A stretch of 62,747 nt of DNA, filler included, from Globobulimina sp. (taxonomy: Eukaryota), in assembly GCA_003354225.1 (NCBI GenBank). It is 33 parts of 33 records of this genome, joined end to end, with 100 filler letters (N's around TTAATTAATTAA, not from the genome) between each part and the next. Parts side by side here need not be neighbours in the genome. Positions count along the whole stretch, not along the records: positions 13,339 to 15,143 come from PIVH01011741.1; positions 15,244 to 17,048 come from PIVH01011742.1; positions 17,149 to 18,953 come from PIVH01011743.1; positions 19,054 to 20,858 come from PIVH01011744.1; positions 20,959 to 22,763 come from PIVH01011745.1; positions 22,864 to 24,668 come from PIVH01011746.1; 27 more parts are not named here. The stretch is one strand, 5' to 3'. Under the pieces are notes generated by a model, which ran no database searches, had not been told where the DNA came from, and was given only the letters and a program-made list of their open reading frames with translations. Made by a program: the position numbers and the translations under genes. Below, one piece after another: positions 13,416 to 23,906 of the stretch (the first letter of the stretch is position 1; every line of letters begins with the position of its first letter).

Positions 13416-15143
13416 GCATTTCCAGGAGTGATAAGAAGCATTTTTAGTGATTCATATTTTGAAATATATATTCATTTAAATGTTACAGCGATACGTCCAT
13501 TGGCTGCGTCATTGTGTATTGAAATATTTGATACGAATACAAATGCAGTGCTACAAAATTCCATTTGTTCATGGAATCCCATATTAAAAACGATCACAAT
13601 CATATTATCTTCGTCCTCCACCATTCAAATAAACGATACCATGACAATTAAAAACGATGCATTTGAATGGAGTGATGATAATATACATTTTTTCCGTCTA
13701 CACCAAAAGCAATCATGTAATGTCGAAGCTGGCGCAAATCCTAAATATCCGAAAATATCTCTGATTAATCCACCAATGCATGCGATTGGAGTGTGTGACC
13801 CTTTGTTATTGGACGCAAGTGCTACACAGTGGTTAGGTGGGAGAGCAGCGCAGATTGAATGGGAAGTTATGATAAATGATGTTGTAACATACAAATTTAA
13901 TGATACATATATTGTAGAAATAGAGAGTAATGAAATGAATCCCGGATCAATTATATTATATACGGTGAACATTACATCGTGGTATGGATTATCGAGCTAT
14001 TATGCAAGTGATGAAATTGTCAAATCAGATAACCCCATTCCTCAGTTATTGCTATCAGGGCCAACTATATTTGATGCAAATACAGAAAGGATCATAATCG
14101 AAGGATTTATATCTTTCATAGATTCATGTTTAAATAATAATGGTATGGATTATAAATTATCATTGGTATATTCATGGAGCATAGAATCAAATAATGTGAC
14201 AGTAACTGATGGAGAAGTTAGGGATGATGCAAAATATATGAAATTACTCTCATTTATATCTCAACAAACTGGTAATTATATAAACTTAGATACGAATACA
14301 TTGCTACAAAAAGGTGCGAATTATGTTTTTAAAGTAAATGTACAGTGTTTAGGCAAATATAACTGTTTTGTTTCGGATACATTGCCGTTAATATACAAAT
14401 ATTCTGATATACAATGCCAAATAAGCGGTGGAAACAGAAATATTGATGTACAAATTGCAGAGATTGGTTCGTTGAGACTGCAATTAATTGGCAATGAATG
14501 GACATACGATCCTGACCATAATATGTTAATGTACCAATGGGCCTGGGATTGTTCGCATTGTAATCCTGTCATATCCTCACAATTATCATTGCCAGTAATT
14601 AATATCTCGTTTAATGACAGTATTGCAATTGGCATCTATGTGTATCAGTTTATGTTAACAGTGATGGATGCAAAGGTATTATCACGTGATATCTGTCAAT
14701 CTATGATAGAAATACAATTAAATGTAACCAAAGAAATTGCCATTATTCCATCAGTTATAGTTACAATATCATCGACTGCAACACAAATAAATGTAAACGA
14801 TCGATTGAGATTAATTGGTGATGTAACATATATTACCGGTGCAGGATTAGAGCAAAATACATTAAATAAGTTAAATTATGAATGGACAGAGATTACAAAT
14901 AAATTGACAACCCAAGATATTAATAAATATCGAGTAAATGATCAAAATTCAATTTATTTGGTGTTGGAATCGAATAGTTTGCAACCTGGGCTTTTTTATG
15001 AATTTGAATTATTTGTTTATTCCAATGATAATTATATTCAAAGTGGGAAAGCATCCATTGTAATATATGTAAAATCCCCTCCATTAATAATTGACAACAG
15101 TTTACAAACAAATCCAATTTGTAATGTGCAATTTAATTCTTTT
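13416..15143 (+). CDS. PKD/REJ-domain protein, internal fragment
   Basis: LLLDASAT...GGR...IEW, TYDPD...YQWAWDC and YEW...LVL...LQPG..YEFEL motifs typical of REJ modules. A likely acceptor AG lies at about 13415. Confidence 0.7.
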
Positions 15144-15539
15144 NNNNNNNNNNNNNNNNNNNNNNNNNNNNNNNNNNNNNNNNNNNNTTAATTAATTAAN
15201 NNNNNNNNNNNNNNNNNNNNNNNNNNNNNNNNNNNNNNNNNNNACCCCCCACCCCCGGAGCCCCCTCGATCAAAAACTGTGTTTTCGGAAACACGTTTCT
15301 TGCCTCGAAAAAACAATTCAAATAATATACTTTTATGAATCTACGTTCATATGTGGTAGCATTCATACATATGATAAAATAAGTCATGATTGATCATCAT
15401 GTCCATTTGTAGTTAATTGCTAATTATAAACTTGCAAAATTTGCCATGTTTCTGGCGACTTGCATTTGAGTTCTAGGATTTTTAGTACTTTTGGCATATT
15501 TTGGCAACTGTGATATAGTCACGACTCACGACTCATATT

Positions 15540-16585
15540 ATGTTTGCCACTGAGTTGTCATCATTTTGCCAAAGCATAGTTACTATTGGAATAAGTTTAT
15601 CCATTACATTCTGTTTAATTGTTGTAATTGCGATTGTTAGATATTCAAAAGAGACTAACATCAATAAGCAATATAAAACCTCATTGTTTATTACTTGTAT
15701 ATCCGGTATCTCCTGTTTAGCCACAGCTATATTCATATTAGAATTAGATATAACATATAAAGTACAACCCATCATTGTATCAGTCATTTATTTGAGTCAA
15801 TCTCTCGTTCCATTTTTAAGCATATGCCAATCCGTACGTTTATTTGGAGCTTTTAAACCTAACACCACACCAAAACTGCAATATATTCCAACAAGAAACG
15901 ACACTCTCAATTTTGATCAAGTTGAAGAAAAAAAGAAAAAAAGACCATATTCTCGCATCTATGCAGTATTTAGTTTAATGAGTTTATGTCTCATCGTGCT
16001 CTCATGGTATTACCTTCGATATGCACCAAAAGTAAAAGAAAAGGGGCTATGGATGATTCCGAATTGGACACAAGTTGCAGTGTTCGACCATTGCAATCAT
16101 ACACGTTCAGTAAAGATGATATAAGAAAGATGAAGATAATAATACAGAATTATGATCCAGTTCCGCCACAATATGACGATGAGAAAATCAATGACACCAA
16201 AAAGGAGATGTTGCCAAGAATGTCAACGGCGACTTACGAGATGCGTGATTTGGGCCGGGGCATAACGGAAACTTTTGTGCAGACGAGCAATCCGAGCATA
16301 TTTAGTAAAATTTCCATTCCAATCACAGGCGCAAGCATTACGTTGGCATCTCGGAATAGGAGAGATACGCCGGATTATGGCAAAAAAATCTCTAAAACAG
16401 AGTCAAAATCAAATGCGAAATCGAAAACAGAATCATCGACAGGTACACAAGGATCATCGGCATGTATAATGACAAAGGAATCTACCAAATATTCTCATTT
16501 TTATGGCGATGATACAAACGAGGTTTTGGAATTGGATGTTGAGAATGAGTCGAATGAAGAAGATCAACCATCAATCTGCATGTGA
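15540..16585 (+). CDS. multi-pass membrane protein (7TM-like start) with a frame discontinuity near 15990-16120
   Basis: About four TM helices in ORF 15540-16124. A Ser/Thr-rich hydrophilic tail lies in the overlapping ORF 15986-16585. Confidence 0.45.
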
Positions 16586-16662
16586 ATAATGTGTGATCAA
16601 TGTGTGATCAAAATCTTCTTTCTACTATTTTTAGTAGTAAATGTTCAGTTACTTGTTCTATA

Positions 16663-16810
16663 TCGATAAGTTGTATACATTTTGTTTATAATATAACTTG
16701 TCTTGTGTGGATACCACCCCCCTCCCTTTGTATACATTTGGTTCAATTATAAATTTGTTCTGACTTTAATTGAATCAAATGTATACAACTTATCGACCAG
16801 GGGGGGGGGT
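16663..16810. repeat. 20-bp perfect inverted repeat with nested IR and G/C tracts (MITE-like)
   Basis: TCGATAAGTTGTATACATTT (16663-16682) pairs with AAATGTATACAACTTATCGA (16777-16796). The same motif occurs at 36547. Confidence 0.7.
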
Positions 16811-17148
16811 TATCTTTTGGAATATCGTTTGTTAAAACTCACTTTGACACATTTGATACAGAAACAAAGGCGATCGACAATTTAATATTGATACAGAAAC
16901 GAAGGGAATTCGCCATCATCATATCATAAATTCCAGCTGTTTCTTAGGGTCTCCATATTGTGCATTTTCATTGCTTTGGTGTTTAATTCTTTCATTTGAT
17001 CCAACAGTTCTGAACCAGATCCATGGCCATGGGATAAATTAATTGAATNNNNNNNNNNNNNNNNNNNNNNNNNNNNNNNNNNNNNNNNNNNNTTAATTAA
17101 TTAANNNNNNNNNNNNNNNNNNNNNNNNNNNNNNNNNNNNNNNNNNNN

Positions 17149-18185
17149 TTGTGTATTATAGCACTTCTTGCATCTCTAACAAGCGTCATTGATACAAAAC
17201 AATTTGTTGAGAGAATCAAAAGGCCCAAAGGAATTATCATAGGTTTAATTTGCCAATATGGTGCATTGCCCCTTACTGGATTTTGTATGTGGCACTTATT
17301 GGATTTAGATGCATCAATTGGGATAGCACTAGTTATCATTGGTTCATGTCCAGGTGGCGCAATGTCCAATTTTTGGTGTTTTGTATTTAATGCAGATTTG
17401 CCTTTGTCCATTGCAATGACAGTAACATCTTCAATATTATCTTTTATATTTATCACTATGAACGGTGCAATATATATTCCAATAATATCAAAGGGAACTG
17501 GATTAAACTTAGATTATATAGCCTTACTATGCTCTGTTGGAGCTGTGGTCGTTGGTATTTCAATAGGACTGGTTATTGCATACAACAAAAATCAAATATT
17601 GATCAAGTTAATGGGGGTAATTGGTACTGCAGCAATGTTAGTTTTAGGCATATTCATTTTGGTAAAAATTAGTGTTTCAGATGCACCGTTAAAAGGTAAT
17701 GTGCATTTTGTTAACGTTTAAAAAGGTAATTTAATGTGTTATTATATATAATTATAGATTTCCCTCCATTGGCTTTTGTAGCTGTGTTGTGTATGAATGT
17801 GACAGCGATCCTGTTATCCTTTGGAATGTGCTTACTGTTGAGGTTAAAGCGCAGTTCGTCGGTGGCAGTCTCGATGGAGGCATCCAATCAAAATGCGCCA
17901 TTGGCCATAGCAATAATATTATTAAGTTTGGATGAATCGTATGAACGTGATTTAGCGCTACTTATTCCAATAACTTATGTACTCGACAATATGTTATTGG
18001 TACTCATTTTTTGCATTACTTTAAGAAGGATCGGATGGCTGCAAATTGACCTTAATGACGAAACAATGACTTTGGGGAAAATTATTATGAAATGGAAGAA
18101 AAATAAACAACGCAACACTTCTAATGTTGACCAATTGCAACAAACGGACAATAATGATAATGTCGACGAAATACCATTGTTATGA
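17149..18185 (+). CDS. SLC10/BASS bile acid:sodium symporter family protein, 5'-partial
   Basis: GLICQYGALP, CPGGAMSN, ADLPLSIAMT, AVSMEASNQN motifs; intron 17696-17757. Confidence 0.9.
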
Positions 18186-18206
18186 CATGCAGATGCGAAA
18201 ATTGTA

Positions 18207-18330
18207 TACGTTTTTAGAACATTTTCAGAAACGTTTTCCAGAAACTTTTTTAGAATGTTTTTAAACATTTTCACAAACATTTTCCAAGAACATTTTCTGA
18301 ATTTTTTCAGAAACGTTTTTCAGAAACACT
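18207..18330. repeat. degenerate ~12-bp minisatellite
   Basis: About 10 variants of AACATTTTCAGA between convergent genes. Confidence 0.7.
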
Positions 18331-18411
18331 GTATTTTTATTTTTATTTTAATTATTCTAAAGCAGGTGATTAAAACAACAAATTCAAATGTCACTTTTTT
18401 TTTATCTTCAT

Positions 18412-18952
18412 TTACATTTTACAAATTGTTATTCGTGTTTCATTATATCCAGGATACATTTCAAGTATTTCTTCATCTTTATCAAAATAATTTGAATTAA
18501 ATAATAATGGTTTCTTAATATTTGATGGCGGATAGGCATCAACATATAAACATTGATTATATCGTTATATCCCCATAAATAATATTTGTTATCCGCTGTT
18601 TTAACAATATTATGATTCCCACCACATTTAATATCGATAATTGTTTTATTTTTTAATGTTTCATTTGGTTGTGGTAAATATACAGTTTCATTTGAACCAT
18701 TACCACATTGATACCCCCTATTCTCTCCAAAACAATATATCTTATTTATTATTAAAATATATTTGTATATGACAGACAAAATAATATAAAAATAAATAAA
18801 CAGATCAAAACTTTCTTATTTAATGATAATAATATATTATGATAAACACCACAACATATTTTTCCAATTTTAATATTGTTTTGAATAAAATATTGTATTC
18901 TTGTTGGTAGATATGTATTATAATCATATCCATGGCCTAAACTACCATATCC
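18412..18952 (-). pseudogene. RCC1-repeat protein C-terminus with a 1-nt frameshift (pseudogene or assembly error)
   Basis: GYGSLGHG...ICCGVYHNILL, intron, IYCFGENRGYQCG...CGGNHN...YLWGYN. The expected NQCL... continues only in another frame near 18560. Confidence 0.6.
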
Positions 18953-19053
18953 ANNNNNNNNNNNNNNNNNNNNNNNNNNNNNNNNNNNNNNNNNNNNTTA
19001 ATTAATTAANNNNNNNNNNNNNNNNNNNNNNNNNNNNNNNNNNNNNNNNNNNN

Positions 19054-19232
19054 TGTTTTGAATTTCTTTTTTCTTCTTTTTCTATAAATTCAATACATTT
19101 CTCAATATCACCACCAAATTTAATAAAATCCTCATATGATACTTCATAACCAGTCGATAAAAAGAATTCGTATTCTTTCAACCACTTTAAACTATTAACG
19201 TTCACATCATTTGCACTGTTTTTATTACCCAT
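19054..19232 (-). CDS. 5' fragment, possible N-myristoylated protein with UBA-like segment
   Basis: MGNKNS start; STGY...GGDIEKCIEFI. Confidence 0.5.
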
Positions 19233-19325
19233 TTCGACGCGGGAATGGAAACTTTATTTGTTTGTCAAGGAAGGATGCTGTTTGATTTTCCGAAGTTTTA
19301 ATTTCTGACTATCAACACTAATTCC

Positions 19326-20858
19326 TCACATTTTCAAATATGAACTAAGGTCAGATTTTAACACAATCAATCTTCCTTTATTATTTACATCATATTTACA
19401 TTTGATTGGCGGTTCGTACGACAGCAAAACATTTGTAACAAACTTTCCTAATTTCCCTTTTTTATTATCGCTGCCTTGAGTATGCAATCCCTGACCAACT
19501 ACGATTATAAAATAATCATTTGCTGACAACAATTCCTTTAATTTAAATCTAATGCAATAATGCAGCACAAACTTTGCAGATCGAGAGAAAACTCCAATTT
19601 GATGCAAATCAATGGCAAATGCTTTACTATCATCATAATATTTGATATAATGAATTAATTTGTTATCCACCAAAGATTCAAATATTTGAATCACTTTTGC
19701 TGCGTTATTGCGATGAACAGCAATAGCACCTTCTAATTGACACACAATGTTTTTCGGACTTCTTCGGACTTTGTATTTATTAAATTGATCATAAATTATA
19801 TGTTGTAACTCCGAATATAACTCATATTTCCTATCAAAATCCGATTCATTTTGTATCATTTGAGTCAATGCTCTACATTTCACATCCAACATATTTGACA
19901 TTTGAGGCAATCCGCCATTATCGACATAGGTATTAAATGTTCGAATTGATTTTCCCGGATATCCACCAATCAAATATCCAGTCATAACCTCACAAATTAT
20001 TCCTGAATTGACATGAATTCCATTATTTTGTATTATTTTAAATGCGTTCTTCATTCGTTTTATATCCCCAACACAACTGAATACATTTAAATATGCTTTG
20101 AATATATTCACATCCAATTTTAATTGTTTATTGCTTACTTTTGCTAAGTATTCATTGAATATCTTTTGTGCTCTATCTGTTTTATGTGAATTTGCATAAA
20201 TAATTATCATTTCTTGATAAATGGCGTTGTCTGCATTTATACCATATTTTCCTTTCATTAAATACCAATATTTCCCAGCTGTTCGGAAACGTTTTTGTGT
20301 TTTACAGCCACGGATCAACGCATTGAAAGTTATAATATCTGGTAATAGATTATATTTTGTTGTCATTGCTTTGAAATATCGAGAACATAATAACGGTGAA
20401 TCCAACACACAGTTAAAAAACATATTAAATTGCAATGTATTTAACTCAATGTTTGACTGCAATAACAATGCAAATATCTTATGTATTGGTCTTGGATCAT
20501 TTTGGATGAATTTATTGCATAATTTTATGGCTTGAATGTAAATACATGAATCAATAATATTTTGCTGATGTTGCTCTAACACTGAAATAATATCATTGGA
20601 GCACTTACAATTACGCAAAAGGTCTGTGATTGATATCCCATTCCCATTGTTATCCATAACAGAAACGTTATTGTATTTATAATTGTTGCATTGTTTAATG
20701 TCAATCAACTGATCCATAGTTGGAATTTTCTGGATTTTTGGTAATGTATAGAAGAAACGAGTGGATTTAAATATTTTAATTGCCACCTTTTTGCAACGCT
20801 TGCTTGAAGCCATACCTATGATTTTCAAGCGGGGGTTGGTAAATCCTTTGAAAAATTG
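19326..20858 (-). CDS. PPR-SMR protein (pentatricopeptide repeats + C-terminal Smr domain)
   Basis: PPR motifs such as PDIITFNALIRGC...A...M...GI.AD. Smr motifs AIDLH, IIVVGQGLHT, GKL, NKGRL. Possible ATG at 20813, but the frame is open to the contig edge. Confidence 0.88.
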   Translation of the reverse strand, partial: QFFKGFTNPRLKIIGMASSKRCKKVAIKIFKSTRFFYTLPKIQKIPTMDQLIDIKQCNNYKYNNVSVMDNNGNGISITDLLRNCKCSNDIISVLEQHQQNIIDSCIYIQAIKLCNKFIQNDPRPIHKIFALLLQSNIELNTLQFNMFFNCVLDSPLLCSRYFKAMTTKYNLLPDIITFNALIRGCKTQKRFRTAGKYWYLMKGKYGINADNAIYQEMIIIYANSHKTDRAQKIFNEYLAKVSNKQLKLDVNIFKAYLNVFSCVGDIKRMKNAFKIIQNNGIHVNSGIICEVMTGYLIGGYPGKSIRTFNTYVDNGGLPQMSNMLDVKCRALTQMIQNESDFDRKYELYSELQHIIYDQFNKYKVRRSPKNIVCQLEGAIAVHRNNAAKVIQIFESLVDNKLIHYIKYYDDSKAFAIDLHQIGVFSRSAKFVLHYCIRFKLKELLSANDYFIIVVGQGLHTQGSDNKKGKLGKFVTNVLLSYEPPIKCKYDVNNKGRLIVLKSDLSSYLKM

Positions 20859-20958
20859 NNNNNNNNNNNNNNNNNNNNNNNNNNNNNNNNNNNNNNNNNN
20901 NNTTAATTAATTAANNNNNNNNNNNNNNNNNNNNNNNNNNNNNNNNNNNNNNNNNNNN

Positions 20959-22518
20959 TCAACATTTGCATTCAGTGGGTGTTTGGATTCAAAGGTTGTC
21001 AGTGGTCAGCCAGATTTTGGTACTGAACAGTTTGGTCAATGTTCAGAAGGCTCCAATCAGTCGATCAAAATGTGCCTTAAGCCCCTGGAGTCGGGTGGCA
21101 CTCGATACGGTGAGCTGTTGTTAGAAAATGCTGATAAGAATTTAGGTCCTACGTTTCAGCGGAGCTCCAGCCCTGGTTTGGGCAGTCAACCGGACTCTAA
21201 TAGTCAGCCAGATGGACCAGTCACAGTTGGTGCCATTACTCAGCTCACAATCAATCGGATCGAAAAGGGGTTGAATGGTGAAGCCTCTACAGTCTCCAAA
21301 ACCATTGTCATTCCTCAGCAAGCTGTCAGTGAACATTCCAGTGAGCATTTGGCTATGGATGGAAGTGGACAGCAGTCAATATTTCAATCTGATGGAATTT
21401 ATGACACCTTGGACAACGTTATTTCGTCAAAAGTGGTGTCAGGTCAGTCAGTTGTCAACCAACATGCATTTCGTGCTTCTAGACATTCTCCTAGTCCCAA
21501 CCCCAGTCTCATTCGAGAGGGAGAAAACAACAATCAGCAGGATTCGTCGTTATTTGAGCGAATTTCGTCTGAAAGTGAAGTTGTTGTGTCCGTGCCAGGA
21601 CAAGTCGTTTCCCCTGTGGCTCATCAGTCAGTTGTGACATCGCCTGTGGCTATGAATTCAAGCCCTGCGCGTTCTTTCTCTTCCATGCCTGAACCGGTCA
21701 GTAATGTGCCAAAACCGGTCGTCGTCATCATCAACTCTGTGCCACAACCGGTCGTCGTCAAAGCAGGACCAGAGGGAGGTAGCTGTCAGAAAGAAGCAGT
21801 TGGTGACAGTAGCTTTGTGTACCGTGGAATATTGTCTATTCCTGTATTGACTGACAATAATTACACTCAGTGGCGTGACAAAGTCATTTCGGCTCTTAAA
21901 TTCAAAGGACTGTGGAACATTGTTATGGGTGAAGAAGTTTATCATGGAACAGATGTGTCGGCCAGAGAAAAGTTCATTCAAAGATCAAAATGTGCTTGGA
22001 GGATAATCTATTTGCGACTTCCTTTGGAAAATCATCCTCTTGCGGCTATCTTTGACACTCAGGATCCAGCGTGGCTGTGGGAAATCATCACTAGTTATTT
22101 TGAATGTGATCAAGTCCCCGTTCCTATCATTCACCAAGAGACAATCGTTCAGTCAAGAAAGACAATCCAGTCTAATCAATCAGTCCAGTCTTCAGTCAGC
22201 TTATATGCTATGGATCACTCCTATGCTAATAGTGATAGTGCCGTCGACCAGGAGTGGGTCGCAGGCACTCATATCGGTGAGTGTTGTTCCCCTGAAGCTG
22301 ATAAGAGCACATGTGCTACTTTGCAGGATCCGGAAAATTCCTTGGATCAAGAAGAAACACGCCAATCGACAGAATCGCCTATTATAGCAGTTGCCCCGGG
22401 AGGTGAATCGCCTGGATTAGTTATTGCCCCGGAATTCAGTGCAACTATGGAATTCAATCATGTATGGAAAAAGAAGCAAAAGAAAAAAAAGCCCAATTCA
22501 AAGAAGAAGCATAAGTAA
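20959..22518 (+). CDS. protein containing a Ty1/copia Gag N-terminal domain within disordered sequence
   Basis: IPVLTDNNYTQWRDKVISALKFKGLWNIVMG...AWRIIYLRL...DPAWLWEII. No Zn knuckle or pol follows. Contig is visibly more GC-rich than its neighbours. Confidence 0.75.
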   Translation, partial: STFAFSGCLDSKVVSGQPDFGTEQFGQCSEGSNQSIKMCLKPLESGGTRYGELLLENADKNLGPTFQRSSSPGLGSQPDSNSQPDGPVTVGAITQLTINRIEKGLNGEASTVSKTIVIPQQAVSEHSSEHLAMDGSGQQSIFQSDGIYDTLDNVISSKVVSGQSVVNQHAFRASRHSPSPNPSLIREGENNNQQDSSLFERISSESEVVVSVPGQVVSPVAHQSVVTSPVAMNSSPARSFSSMPEPVSNVPKPVVVIINSVPQPVVVKAGPEGGSCQKEAVGDSSFVYRGILSIPVLTDNNYTQWRDKVISALKFKGLWNIVMGEEVYHGTDVSAREKFIQRSKCAWRIIYLRLPLENHPLAAIFDTQDPAWLWEIITSYFECDQVPVPIIHQETIVQSRKTIQSNQSVQSSVSLYAMDHSYANSDSAVDQEWVAGTHIGECCSPEADKSTCATLQDPENSLDQEETRQSTESPIIAVAPGGESPGLVIAPEFSATMEFNHVWKKKQKKKKPNSKKKHK

Positions 22519-22863
22519 CATTATATTTTGGATATTCCCCTGTTTTGATATTTCTATTTTATTATGTTATCTTATTTTTACACAGTGTGCATGACATGTT
22601 TTGTCATTTTTGTCCCTGTTAGTCATGTATTTCAGGTTGCAGCTGTGTCAGGGGTTTTTTGGTCCATTCATGCTATTCATTTTTTGGTTACTTTATGTTC
22701 TTTGTTTTGTATTTATTATGATATATGCAATGTTGTGTTATGTGCATGATATCTGTTGCTTCTNNNNNNNNNNNNNNNNNNNNNNNNNNNNNNNNNNNNN
22801 NNNNNNNTTAATTAATTAANNNNNNNNNNNNNNNNNNNNNNNNNNNNNNNNNNNNNNNNNNNN

Positions 22864-23033
22864 AATATTCCCGGAAATTTCCGCGATATTTCCCCGCCAT
22901 TTCCCGGAAATTTCCGCGATATTTCCCCGCCATTTCCCGGAAATTTCCCCGCAATATTCCCGGAAATTTCCCCGCAATATTCCCGGAAATTTCCCCGATA
23001 TTTCCCCGCCATTTCCCCGCCATTTCCCCGTAT
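22864..23033. repeat. GC-rich 11-12-bp minisatellite with higher-order structure
   Basis: About 15 units: TTCCCGGAAAT, TTCCGCGATAT, TTCCCCGCCAT, TTCCCCGCAATA. Confidence 0.92.
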
Positions 23034-23042
23034 GTTTGGTGG

Positions 23043-23132
23043 TGACGAGAGGAGCGACGCTTATGACGAGAGGATGACGCTCATGACGAGAGACCCTTTT
23101 GGTTTGGGAGCGACGCTCATGACGAGAGGATG
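23043..23132. repeat. short direct repeats (GACGCTCATGACGAGAGG-like, 4 cores)
   Basis: TGACGAGAG occurs four times. Confidence 0.8.
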
Positions 23133-23303
23133 AGAGTATTTGAGTGTGGAGTGGATTTAGATTAATTCTAACAAAATTCTAAAAAACATTCTTAAGTCAA
23201 AAACATTCTTTTTCAACACTGTAAGCAGTTGGTGAGTTGATACTTAGAAGTGAGCTAGTCATCCTTAAATAAAACAAACAAACAAACAAACAAACAAAGT
23301 TTT

Positions 23304-23792
23304 TCATCTTTCGATTTCGCTCCAGCTCTTCTCATCATCAGCTGAGCGCATTAAAAATGTACTTTTTCCAATGTCACCATAAAAATATGCTCCCGTACAT
23401 TCGGATTCTGCATAACATGATCTGGCAGCAATGATACGGTTATTCAACCTTAAATCTGTATAACCGATATCTTCATCATCACCTTTATTCAATATCATCC
23501 AATTAATATCTACTCTTACTGCATATAGTTGTTCTGTTAACATCTCTTCCAAACATTTTTTATCTTTATTCGCTAAATATGTATAATTTATTTTCTTCAA
23601 TTTAAAATGCTCTAAACATTTCTTGCTCATTTTCAGCTTTCCAAATACAAATTTTTCTGTCAATTGAATATATGCTGTGTAGGTGATATTTTTTTTATAT
23701 TTCCTTTTTCCGCGTGATACATAAAAATATTTATCCAATTTATGATCACCATACTTTACCACTCGCTTTTTCCTATTTATTAATCGTGCCAT
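23304..23792 (-). CDS. basic hypothetical protein, 162 aa
   Basis: Complete intronless ORF; no recognised domain. Confidence 0.55.
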   Translation of the reverse strand: MARLINRKKRVVKYGDHKLDKYFYVSRGKRKYKKNITYTAYIQLTEKFVFGKLKMSKKCLEHFKLKKINYTYLANKDKKCLEEMLTEQLYAVRVDINWMILNKGDDEDIGYTDLRLNNRIIAARSCYAESECTGAYFYGDIGKSTFLMRSADDEKSWSEIER

Positions 23793-23906
23793 TGATTTAA
23801 CGAGTAATGCACAAAAAGTGATGTTTTAGATGACTAGCTTACTTAGTGAAAAACTTAAAATCTCTGCATTTTTCCTGTAACTAATCAACACTTTGTTTTC
23901 ATTGAA

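Noticed and set aside
22808-23023. Repetitive ORFs MAGKYRGNFRE...
   Set aside because: Translations of the minisatellite running into the spacer.
22864-23132. Possible CRISPR array, or STAT (TTCCCGGAA) / NF-kB (GGAAATTTCC) sites
   Set aside because: Units are contiguous with no unique spacers and no cas genes. Nothing shows those factors exist here, so the match is probably coincidental.
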